DNA of 64,000 bases, taken from the UHGV virus genome UHGV-0141727. One strand, given 5' to 3'. The notes beneath the pieces are model-generated. The model was not told the DNA's origin, made no database searches, and saw nothing but the letters and a program-made list of their open reading frames with translations. Positions 53,209 to 60,993 of the stretch are shown piece by piece. Made by a program: the position numbers and the translations under genes. This stretch comes from a virus. Positions within the stretch are counted from its first letter, which is position 1. Every line of letters begins with the position of its first letter.

Positions 53209-53256
53209 AATGTACAACGGTGAATTTCACAATTCAACTTAAAATGTTAGAAAACT
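53209..53256 (-). promoter_or_regulatory. promoter of immI-like module 2 with upstream operator half-site
   Basis: Minus strand GTTTTCTAACAT (53255-53244), then 6 nt, then TTGAAT (53237-53232), N17, TACATT (53214-53209). The spacer contains the palindrome GTGAAATTCAC. Confidence 0.5.
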
Positions 53257-53830
53257 AATTTATTAATTCAGTCACCATCTGATACAACGTCATTTCATCG
53301 GCATTGTGCCGCCTGAAATCTGCTTTGCCGCCTATTTTTCCATCAGCATGAACAGGGACCAACCAGGGGTATTGCTCGCGTATCTCTGCTGGCGCTGCGT
53401 GTTGATGGTGCCATTTACACAAAGGGAGAACGTATTTATGCGCGTTCTCTGCCGTTCTCCCGAAGATGTGGTGCAGGGATACCACAGGGCTATGCTGTCC
53501 GTGCATATGGCAGGCAATGCAGGGGAGAGCACCGATGGCAGTTTGTATCCGGCGCTCATCTGCTGTGAGCGTTCTGCCTTTCAGGCCACGTGACGTGCGC
53601 GTTTTTTTGACTGGAGCAGAAGCGGCCTTCTCTTTTCTTCGCTGTTCATATTGCTTCGCTTTTTCAATTTTCTTTTGCCGATATTCAGGCGATGCAGCCT
53701 TTTCTCGCGCACGCTGCTGCTGGCGTTGAGCTTGCTGAAGACGCTTTGCCCTTTGTTCCTCCCGCCATTTCGGATCAGCCAGTTTTTTCAGGGCTTTTTG
53801 CGTCTGTTTCTCCCAATAGCTTTGCTTCAT
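53255..53830 (-). CDS. ref: Ref-like HNH endonuclease (P1 recombination enhancement function)
   Basis: ORF 53255..53872 has a TTG start; ATG 53830 is likelier. Basic disordered N-terminus, then RGLKGRT..ERRI...GALPCIACHMHG...SLHHI.GRT...LPLCKWHHQHAAPAEIREQYPWLVPVHADG, closely matching recalled P1 Ref. Confidence 0.8.
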   Translation of the reverse strand: MKQSYWEKQTQKALKKLADPKWREEQRAKRLQQAQRQQQRAREKAASPEYRQKKIEKAKQYEQRRKEKAASAPVKKTRTSRGLKGRTLTADERRIQTAIGALPCIACHMHGQHSPVVSLHHIFGRTAENAHKYVLPLCKWHHQHAAPAEIREQYPWLVPVHADGKIGGKADFRRHNADEMTLYQMVTELIN

Positions 53831-53873
53831 AGAAATACCCGGTTTGTCTACATCGCCGCTATGGTTGATCAAA

Positions 53874-53920
53874 TGTGTTAGAAAATCAAAATTGATTTTC
53901 TAACACAAAATGAAGATACT
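53874..53920. promoter_or_regulatory. best-conserved promoter-operator (divergent: ref / plus-strand early operon)
   Basis: Perfect 15-bp arms TGTGTTAGAAAATCA-aaat-TGATTTTCTAACACA at 53874-53907. Plus-strand promoter is TTGATT (53892-97), N17, GATACT (53915-20). Confidence 0.7.
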
Positions 53921-54101
53921 TTTTTCGGACGCTATATCAGGAGGTCATGATGCTTGTCGCAATAAGTGCAATCCACCAGCAATCCGGTACAGAAATTGGG
54001 TTGCTATATGCCCTGTTTTTCACTGTCCTGGCGTTGTTTGAGCTGGGTATTGAACTCTTTGCTCTCATTAACTTTTGCGTAACGTTCCTGGGGAAACTTT
54101 G

Positions 54102-54713
54102 ATGGCTATACGCATTATGAAAATTTACATCGCGGGTCCGATGACTGGTTATCCCGACTACAACCGCACAGCGTTTTTTTCGAAAGCAAAAGAGCTGATG
54201 GAGGAAGGGCATATTGTTCTGAATCCGGCGCTGTTACCTGCTGGCCTCTGCCAGAGCGAATACATGGATATTTGCCTTGCTATGGTGCGTTCGGCTAATG
54301 CGGTCTATTTGCTCAAGGGGTGGGAGGAATCAGTTGGCGCTCGTGCAGAGCACGAGCTGGCTCAAAAGCTGGGGCTGAATGTAATTTATGAGTCACCAAC
54401 CAACATTGAATGCCAGGTTGCTCCGCATATTTACCGGGAACTGGTCAATGCACTGCGTGATATCGCTGCTGTATATCACGGCACAGAACAGCTTCGTGAG
54501 CGTTTAGCCCATACCATTTCCTATTACCTGTCTGCATCTCATGAGCACAAGCTCCGTCAGAAGGTAATGATCAAATTTATCATGAGGTTATCGAAATCCC
54601 TGGCAAACGCCGATCCAAAGAATCCATTACCGAAAGTGGCAATGAATTACCTGAAGTCCTGCAACATTGTTTCTGAAGATGGCGTTCTTTTGGTTAGAAG
54701 GAGTTCTGCGTGA
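54102..54713 (+). CDS. DUF4406 / nucleoside 2-deoxyribosyltransferase-like protein with C-terminal extension
   Basis: ORF 54075..54713. MKIYIAGPMTGYPDYNRTAF...VLNPA...W(E)ES.GA..E matches the DUF4406 signature. Start at 54102 or 54117. Confidence 0.65.
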   Translation: MAIRIMKIYIAGPMTGYPDYNRTAFFSKAKELMEEGHIVLNPALLPAGLCQSEYMDICLAMVRSANAVYLLKGWEESVGARAEHELAQKLGLNVIYESPTNIECQVAPHIYRELVNALRDIAAVYHGTEQLRERLAHTISYYLSASHEHKLRQKVMIKFIMRLSKSLANADPKNPLPKVAMNYLKSCNIVSEDGVLLVRRSSA

Positions 54714-55027
54714 GCTGGCGGGGATGGGGAAGGGCAGAAATCATGATACTCCGCCAGTGCGCCGGGACTATGACAGTCGAGGGTATTGGGAGACTGATCG
54801 GGCGTACCGGTGGTGCTGTCAGGACTAAAGCGCGGCAATTGCGGATCAGCATGATTCTGAAAGGTGACTTTCACCAGTCAGCCAAATACCGGCAGAGCGA
54901 TATAGAGCTGGCGCGGCAGCTTCATCAGTGTGGCGTTCCCCGCCGTGAGATCGCAGAAAAACTCGAAATGCCCTTGGGCATGATTAATCAGTACGTTTAT
55001 TTCGAAAGGAGAGTGCATGAAGTCTGA
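54710..55027 (+). CDS. small HTH-containing protein
   Basis: 105 aa, GTG start (GTGA overlap). Two HTH-like segments (MTVEGIGRLIGRTGGAVRTKARQL; PRREIAEKLEMPLGMINQYV). Confidence 0.45.
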   Translation: MSWRGWGRAEIMILRQCAGTMTVEGIGRLIGRTGGAVRTKARQLRISMILKGDFHQSAKYRQSDIELARQLHQCGVPRREIAEKLEMPLGMINQYVYFERRVHEV

Positions 55028-55520
55028 AGGTTTAACGCCCGCACAACTGGCAGAGCGTAACGCTGAGTATGTAACGGAAATTTCCCGACTTGAGAAAGAG
55101 CGCGCGGCGCTGGCGGCGGAGAATGCACTTGCTCGTAAAGCTGTTCAGGCATTCTGTGATGTTGTTGGCGACAACACTGAGATTATCTCCGAGTTGGTTG
55201 GGCGAGATGGCGTTCTGGTTATTTTGGAGGCCATGAAAGTAACAGGAAATATGCCAGCCACCGACGCTTTCCTGGCTGAAATACGTGCGGAGGCACGCAA
55301 CGAGGGGATTAACTACACCGCAAGCCGCCTTGCTGCCGCTTTCAACCACGGATTTATCAATAAGTCTTTACGTGAAGTTTTCGACGTTACACGCATGATT
55401 CTGTCAGCGAAAGAAGAGTTGGCTAATGAACCGCACCCAATTGATGGCCTGTCCGGTGAATATGCGGAGAAATCCCTTGAAGAATGGGCGGAACAGATTC
55501 GCAAAGGAGTTCAGTCATGA
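55017..55520 (+). CDS. ead/Ea22-like family protein
   Basis: 167 aa. ERAALAAENA coiled coil and the [13 protein letters not shown] motif, shared with 56701..57411. Confidence 0.55.
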   Translation: MKSEGLTPAQLAERNAEYVTEISRLEKERAALAAENALARKAVQAFCDVVGDNTEIISELVGRDGVLVILEAMKVTGNMPATDAFLAEIRAEARNEGINYTASRLAAAFNHGFINKSLREVFDVTRMILSAKEELANEPHPIDGLSGEYAEKSLEEWAEQIRKGVQS

Positions 55521-55750
55521 GCATCCGAACTGAACATGGATTTGGTCCGTCAACGGTCGAAGTCGAATGGCTTGATGATTGCCCTAAGTGCCAGCACGGC
55601 AAAGCCAAGGTAACAGGATGGTCGGTAACCAAAGATTCTTTGTGGGCGGGTGATGAGGCCGTCTGTTCCAAATGCGGTCACAAAGGCGAAATCGATGCTG
55701 ATGGAGAGAATGCCTGGGTGGAATGGGACGAAATCGAGGAGGCACAATGA
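55517..55750 (+). CDS. small zinc-ribbon protein
   Basis: ORF 55484..55750; MSIRTEHG start after GGAG. CPKC...CSKC. Confidence 0.45.
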   Translation: MSIRTEHGFGPSTVEVEWLDDCPKCQHGKAKVTGWSVTKDSLWAGDEAVCSKCGHKGEIDADGENAWVEWDEIEEAQ

Positions 55751-56379
55751 GCAATATCGACACACTGGCGCTGCGTGAGGCGGCAGAACGTGCAATTCCG
55801 GCAATGGAACGCCTGTTAATGTTGCCAGTTGATGATGATCTGATAAGTGAACAGGAACTTAAAGATTACGGTGTGGATATTGATGCGCTCAACGCCTTCA
55901 AATTTCTGGCCGGACCAGAAACCGTGCTGGCACTACTGGATGAACGGGAAAGAAACCAGCAATACATCAAACGCCGTGACCAGGAGAACGAGGATATTGC
56001 GCTAACGGTAGGGAAGCTGCGTGTTGAGCTTGAGGAAGCAAAATCAAAACTCAACGAGCAACGCGAGTATTACGAAGGTGTTATCTCGGATGGGAGTAAG
56101 CGTATTGCAGAACTGGAAGCACGGGAAATAAAACCAGCCAAAGGTGAAGTTCTTGTCGTTGTTTCTGGTTTTACTGGTTGCGGAAAAAGCGCCATTGCCG
56201 GGGAAATAGAAATCGCGATGAAGGCTATTGGTGTACCGGTTCAGTGGACTAATGGCGATGCGGAAAAGCGCATGACAGGAGCTGACTGGCTGACAGCAAT
56301 TGAGATGTACAAACCAACTGTGCGCATCGTGGAAGTTAATGTGCCACGCGCCCCTGGCATTCGCATCAAAGGAGAGTGA
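55747..56379 (+). CDS. Ea22-like N-terminal module fused to a short P-loop-containing C-terminus
   Basis: ORF 55723..56379; start at 55747 after GAGGAGG. The N-terminus is paralogous to 60980..61732. C-terminus has GFTGCGKS (Walker A-like). Confidence 0.5.
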   Translation: MSNIDTLALREAAERAIPAMERLLMLPVDDDLISEQELKDYGVDIDALNAFKFLAGPETVLALLDERERNQQYIKRRDQENEDIALTVGKLRVELEEAKSKLNEQREYYEGVISDGSKRIAELEAREIKPAKGEVLVVVSGFTGCGKSAIAGEIEIAMKAIGVPVQWTNGDAEKRMTGADWLTAIEMYKPTVRIVEVNVPRAPGIRIKGE

Positions 56380-56380
56380 G

Positions 56381-56704
56381 ATGACCACATCGCATTCTGC
56401 AATCACCCAGGAAAAAGTATTTCGCTTGCTCGAACGTCTGGAGGCGCTCGCCACGGAGGAGGATATATCCCCGGAGATGCTGGTCGAGTGCAGCCGTGTG
56501 ATATTGCGTCGCAAGAACGACATCGCGCGGCTGACATCCGGCGCACCATCCGTATCAGCCAGTCCAACGCTTTATTGCAGCTTCTGCAACAAATCCCAGC
56601 ACACCGTTAAAAAGTTAATTGCCGGTGACAACGTTTTCATCTGCAACGAGTGCGTGAAAGATTGCAACAACATTATCCAGGAAGAGCAAAGGGAATCAGC
56701 ATGA
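56381..56704 (+). CDS. stand-alone ClpX-type C4 zinc-finger (ZBD) protein
   Basis: 107 aa. C-terminal [39 protein letters not shown] is near-identical in pattern to the ClpX N-terminal [29 protein letters not shown]. Confidence 0.8.
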   Translation: MTTSHSAITQEKVFRLLERLEALATEEDISPEMLVECSRVILRRKNDIARLTSGAPSVSASPTLYCSFCNKSQHTVKKLIAGDNVFICNECVKDCNNIIQEEQRESA

Positions 56705-57411
56705 AATTTTCCAAATTTTCTGAGTTGGTGAATCGTATTTTGTCCAACAACCACAGCCATCGTCGCGATATGGATGTAACAATCGTTATTCATTCGCCTG
56801 GCAGCATTGGTTCAACACCTTCAGTTGAGGTTCAGTCAATTCACGCTGGTTTTGATTGGGATTCCGGGAAAGTGCTGATTTTCCCAGCACAGCCACTGAC
56901 CGCGCTAACACCAGAACAGATTACTGATATCACGGATAGTGTGCGCAAAGGTCAGTCTTGGCACGCATATCAGGAATACAAGAAGCATAAAGAGCAGTTG
57001 GAAAAATTGTCGATTGAACTTGATGCTGCAAGACGGCGCATTACAGAACTGGAGAGCGAACGCGCGGTGCTGGCGGCGGAGAATGCGGATCTGAAGTCTG
57101 TGCACCCTCAACCATTCGGAGCTGAGATGATGAAGGCTCTTGATGCGTATGAGAAGCATCAGGATGAAGTGCCAGAGACTGGAATGCTCAATGCATTTTT
57201 CATCTTGCGCGACAGTATCCGTGTTGACACCCCAGCCACCGATGCTTTCCTGGCTGAAGTACGTGCGCAGGGCGTGGATATGGCTCGTAACGCGATGATT
57301 GATTTTGTCGATGGTGAAGTTGGTCCAAACAAGAATGTTCCGGGGCTGATTAGAGGCGCAGAGATATGCGTAAGTATTGCTGAACAGCTTCGCAAAGGAG
57401 GCAGCCAGTGA
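56701..57411 (+). CDS. ead/Ea22-like family protein
   Basis: ORF 56650..57411; ATGA-overlap start at 56701. [13 protein letters not shown] and [17 protein letters not shown]. Confidence 0.55.
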   Translation: MKFSKFSELVNRILSNNHSHRRDMDVTIVIHSPGSIGSTPSVEVQSIHAGFDWDSGKVLIFPAQPLTALTPEQITDITDSVRKGQSWHAYQEYKKHKEQLEKLSIELDAARRRITELESERAVLAAENADLKSVHPQPFGAEMMKALDAYEKHQDEVPETGMLNAFFILRDSIRVDTPATDAFLAEVRAQGVDMARNAMIDFVDGEVGPNKNVPGLIRGAEICVSIAEQLRKGGSQ

Positions 57412-57683
57412 ATATCGACACGACAATAACGATCGATACGCTCCTAAATTCCGGTCTGGCACTTCTCGGTTGGCTTTACATCATGTCCCGTACATGGCGA
57501 TGGCTGGGTTCCATTTTCCTGAAACAGTGGAAAAAACGGCGCAAACATGAACTACGCCAGAAGGCATTAGAAGCGTTCTATGACGCATTTGAACTTGGCA
57601 GCATTGAACCAGGCACAACAGCGAGGATAGCGACAAAAGGCGACCTGATGATAGTGATGTTCAGACAGGAGAAAACAAAATGA
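57408..57683 (+). CDS. small membrane protein
   Basis: 91 aa, GTG start. TM segment LLNSGLALLGWLYIM. Confidence 0.4.
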   Translation: MNIDTTITIDTLLNSGLALLGWLYIMSRTWRWLGSIFLKQWKKRRKHELRQKALEAFYDAFELGSIEPGTTARIATKGDLMIVMFRQEKTK

Positions 57684-57904
57684 CAGAACAGACGATGACA
57701 AATCGCGAACTTGTTGATGCCGCGATTGAACTTGCTGGCGATTTTTATTCCATGATGGGTTACGAACATCGTCCTGGTTTTAAGTATTGGGAGTCACCGC
57801 ATCCGCAAGAACAACAGGTGTTTGAAATGGCCTGCCGTGCTTTTGAGGTTATTCGCGGTTCTGATGTGATGGAGGCCGTTGCCGACTTGGAGGATGAAGA
57901 GTGA
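57680..57904 (+). CDS. hypothetical protein
   Basis: 74 aa. GGAG SD with 4-nt overlaps on both sides. Confidence 0.45.
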   Translation: MTEQTMTNRELVDAAIELAGDFYSMMGYEHRPGFKYWESPHPQEQQVFEMACRAFEVIRGSDVMEAVADLEDEE

Positions 57905-58212
57905 GCATCATTGTAGAAATGCCGGTAGAACGTGATGAATATGGCTGCTGGACACATCCGGAGTATGAAAAGTTTTGCGCAGGTCGTGAATATATATCCA
58001 CTGAGGAATTTGACGCCTGGATGAAGGAAAATAATCTTCAGTGGACTATTCGCAGTATGGATGAAGATGATTTTAATCTGGACGCAGATGGCCCCGATAT
58101 TGCCGCCTGGGAACCAGAGCGACCAGAGGGCGAAGGCTGGTTTGTTGGCTCTATTCATGACACTGAAGATGGTCCGGTTTGTATCTGGCTGCGGGAGAAG
58201 GTTGCCGCATGA
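57901..58212 (+). CDS. hypothetical acidic protein
   Basis: 103 aa, GTG start, operon packing. Confidence 0.4.
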   Translation: MSIIVEMPVERDEYGCWTHPEYEKFCAGREYISTEEFDAWMKENNLQWTIRSMDEDDFNLDADGPDIAAWEPERPEGEGWFVGSIHDTEDGPVCIWLREKVAA

Positions 58213-58895
58213 CCCAGGTGCTGCATGAAGTGAATTTATATAGCCGTATTGATGGTTCAGGCTACAGAAACATATGGGTTGTTGGTGATTTGCACGGTTG
58301 CTACACCCTACTTATGAATGAACTCCATCGTGTGGATTTTGACCCTACACAGGATTTACTGATATCGGTTGGCGACCTTATCGATCGCGGCACCGAAAAT
58401 GTTGAATGCCTGGAGCTATTGCAGATGCCCTGGTTTCGGTCGGTTATGGGAAACCACGAGCGATTAATGATCGATGCGTTAAGTCCCGCAGGCAACGTGA
58501 ATAACTGGCTAATGAATGGTGGTCAATGGTTCTTCATGCTGGACGCTGATCGGGAAATATTAGCCAGGGCGCTGGTGGAGCTGGTAAGACGTTTGCCCTA
58601 TATCATTGAGCTGAACACCGGGCATGAAACTATCGTTATAGCCCATGCCGACTATCCTGATAACGAATACCAGTTTGGTAAACCTGTTAGCGATCTCAAT
58701 GTTACCTAGCGGCGTGAGCGATTTTATGACGCGGTTGATGGTGTTGGTGGAATAATCACTGGTGCAGATAGCTTTATTTTCGGGCATACGCCAGTAAGCA
58801 GCCCGAAATCTTTCTGGAACCAGCACTACATAGACACTGGTGCGGTTTTTTGCGGAAATCTGACGCTAAAGCAGGTGAAGGTAGGGCAGTCGTAA
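58209..58895 (+). pseudogene. lambda-type Ser/Thr protein phosphatase interrupted by one in-frame TAG
   Basis: GDLHGC, GDLIDRG and GNHE motifs in 58209-58706. TAG at 58707-58709. The same frame continues RRERF...[11 protein letters not shown]...[14 protein letters not shown] to TAA at 58893-58895. Confidence 0.8.
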
Positions 58896-58926
58896 TCCTG
58901 AACACATCGTTTATGCACTCAAAATG

Positions 58927-58966
58927 ATGTTAGAATATTGATTTTAATTTTCTAACAGATTATTTT
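58927..58966 (+). promoter_or_regulatory. promoter-operator of the 59000+ operon
   Basis: ATGTTAGAATAT-N8-ATTTTCTAACAG. The -35 is TTGATT (58938-43), N17, TATTTT (58961-66). Confidence 0.6.
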
Positions 58967-58999
58967 ACCGCTCGGAACAAAACAGAGTCGGTATACATT

Positions 59000-59995
59000 A
59001 TGAGTGCAATAATCACACCTCATTTCGTAAACGGAGCTGGTGTGGCTGTCTTTCCGGTAGACAAGCCCACCAGTAACTACATTGGCGCAGGTCGCCGTTT
59101 CATTATCTCTCCACTTCCGCGTGAACAGGCTGAAAACACGCCAGATGGCGTAGTGGATCTGAATTATTCGCTGGTTGCCAACCAGTCTCTGAAACCGTTT
59201 TTTCAAAGCGAGCGCGTATTTAACGCGTTGGGCGGTGAAGATTCGCTTGTTCATTGGGTAAGTTCCAATATCCACGATTGCCAGGCGCACGATAAGCGCG
59301 ATTGCAGCCACCAGCTAACCACTCATTTCTATAACGGCTCTGCCGTTCGCCTGTGCTGGAAGCATGATGCGGAATACATGATGAAGGGGTACAGCAAGCT
59401 GGACGACCAGTTATCCCTGAATCGTGCCAACTGGGTTATGAACTGGGCTGCGAGCGAGTTAAAACTACCGCCAGAACGCGATCTGAGCATGGTTGAACTC
59501 ACTTTTTGGGCCATTCGCCGAAATCTTAAAGACGAGCTGCCAGATGAAGCCGGTCGCATTGCATTTTGTCAGCCAAAACAGGAAATCCCTACCGGCACAC
59601 TGAAAGAATCGGATATCACCTGGGAGCACAGCACCCGTGAGCTGGTGGACATAACCGCAGAGCAGATCGTCAACCTGTCTGTAGATGAGGATTCCGGCCT
59701 GCTGTATATGCGCCGACCAAAAGCGGTTCTCGGTAAAAGCCCGACTTATCTCCGGTTTGTGATTTCTCGTCCGTGCATCGGATGCGGTGGCAAAGTTAAT
59801 CACCCGTTCATGTACCGCGCCCGCTCGTTAAACGAACACGATCGCTGGGCCGTTCCTCTTTGCGATGAATGCGCCAGAAGCGCAGAAAACGATGTCCGTG
59901 CATGGGAAAAAGCACATGGCATACGCCTTTACGTAGCCGCTAACCAGCTTTTCGACTTCGCCATCGAGCGCGGAGTGATCACGTTCAATAACTGA
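59000..59995 (+). CDS. hypothetical protein with C-terminal Cys-cluster (DUF968-like?)
   Basis: 331 aa. C-terminal CIGCGG...H...PLCDEC suggests a zinc/HNH-like module. Family assignment from memory only. Confidence 0.35.
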   Translation: MSAIITPHFVNGAGVAVFPVDKPTSNYIGAGRRFIISPLPREQAENTPDGVVDLNYSLVANQSLKPFFQSERVFNALGGEDSLVHWVSSNIHDCQAHDKRDCSHQLTTHFYNGSAVRLCWKHDAEYMMKGYSKLDDQLSLNRANWVMNWAASELKLPPERDLSMVELTFWAIRRNLKDELPDEAGRIAFCQPKQEIPTGTLKESDITWEHSTRELVDITAEQIVNLSVDEDSGLLYMRRPKAVLGKSPTYLRFVISRPCIGCGGKVNHPFMYRARSLNEHDRWAVPLCDECARSAENDVRAWEKAHGIRLYVAANQLFDFAIERGVITFNN

Positions 59996-60011
59996 TGGAG
60001 TGGATCAAAAA

Positions 60012-60734
60012 ATGAAAGAACGCGGGATGATTTTTAACGATGAAATGGTCCGGGCCATCCTCGAAGGAAGAAAAACGCAGACTCGCCGACCTGTAAAAAA
60101 TGTCAGGGCCGATAACTGCCTAGTTATCCGTAAACCGACAAAGAAACGCAATGGTGTCTATACCCACGTTATGGATGCACCTGAACATGGTTTATGCCCG
60201 TTCGGTAACGTTGGTGATCGCATATGGGTCCGTGAAGCGTGGGCGATATTAGGCAATGAGGATGGTTGCAGTGTGGACTGGAACGACAACCTTTGTCGTG
60301 GCGATGAGAAGAACGCAGCAAGGATTTATCGGGCCAGTTGCGAGCAAAAGCCTGGTGATTACGGCTTATGGTCGATACCCGATGATGCCGACTGGAAACC
60401 TCACACTGTGAATGAAAAGTTTGATGGCGGGTGGTGTCCATCAATTCACATGCCGCGATGGGCATCACGCATTCTGTTGGAGATTACCAACGTGCGCGTT
60501 GAGCGGTTGAACGATATCAGCGAATGCGATGCAGGGGCTGAGGGCGTTCCGCCTGCTGGAAGTTTGCTTCCTGATTACCCGGAAACATTCCTTACTCCCA
60601 AGGGGGATTTCGCAATGGCCAAGGTTGCGTTCCAGCGTCTGTGGGAATCCATCTATGGTGAAGAAAGCTGGAACACTAATCCCTGGGTATGGGTAATCGA
60701 GTTTAAGCGTATTCAGGGGGCAACCTGTGAGTGA
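60012..60734 (+). CDS. conserved phage protein (ASCH/PUA-like fold suspected)
   Basis: ORF 60000..60734. N-terminal MIFNDEMVRAILEGRKTQTRRP is a motif common in phage proteins of this type. Confidence 0.35.
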   Translation: MKERGMIFNDEMVRAILEGRKTQTRRPVKNVRADNCLVIRKPTKKRNGVYTHVMDAPEHGLCPFGNVGDRIWVREAWAILGNEDGCSVDWNDNLCRGDEKNAARIYRASCEQKPGDYGLWSIPDDADWKPHTVNEKFDGGWCPSIHMPRWASRILLEITNVRVERLNDISECDAGAEGVPPAGSLLPDYPETFLTPKGDFAMAKVAFQRLWESIYGEESWNTNPWVWVIEFKRIQGATCE

Positions 60735-60993
60735 GTCAAAATGCCAAATTAATGGCAACAAGATAGAACCGTGCGCGGCGTTGGCACAATCCCTGGAGCA
60801 TGACGCTGAATACACGACGCGAAAAGGTCTGCTGAAATACAAAATCTATAACCATGCATTAATTCATTCACAAGACCTGATCATGCTGCGGTCAGGCGAG
60901 TTTTCTAAATCGCCTATTCGAGTTTCATTTTGCCCATTCTGTGGTGAAAGTCTGAAAACGTGGGAAGCGGAGGCAGCCAGTGAGCAAAATTAA
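60727..60993 (+). CDS. small protein with C-terminal zinc-ribbon half-motif
   Basis: 88 aa, GTG start. FCPFCGESL. Confidence 0.35.
   Translation: MSESKCQINGNKIEPCAALAQSLEHDAEYTTRKGLLKYKIYNHALIHSQDLIMLRSGEFSKSPIRVSFCPFCGESLKTWEAEAASEQN

Noticed and set aside
53937-54212. 91-aa minus-strand ORF between ref and the DUF4406 gene
   Set aside because: It overlaps the plus-strand promoter and 5' end of the DUF4406 gene. It has no SD and implausible composition.
56044-57462. Minus-strand ORFs 56044..56523 and 56905..57462
   Set aside because: They are antisense to a tightly coupled plus-strand operon whose genes have SDs and ATGA/GTGA overlaps.
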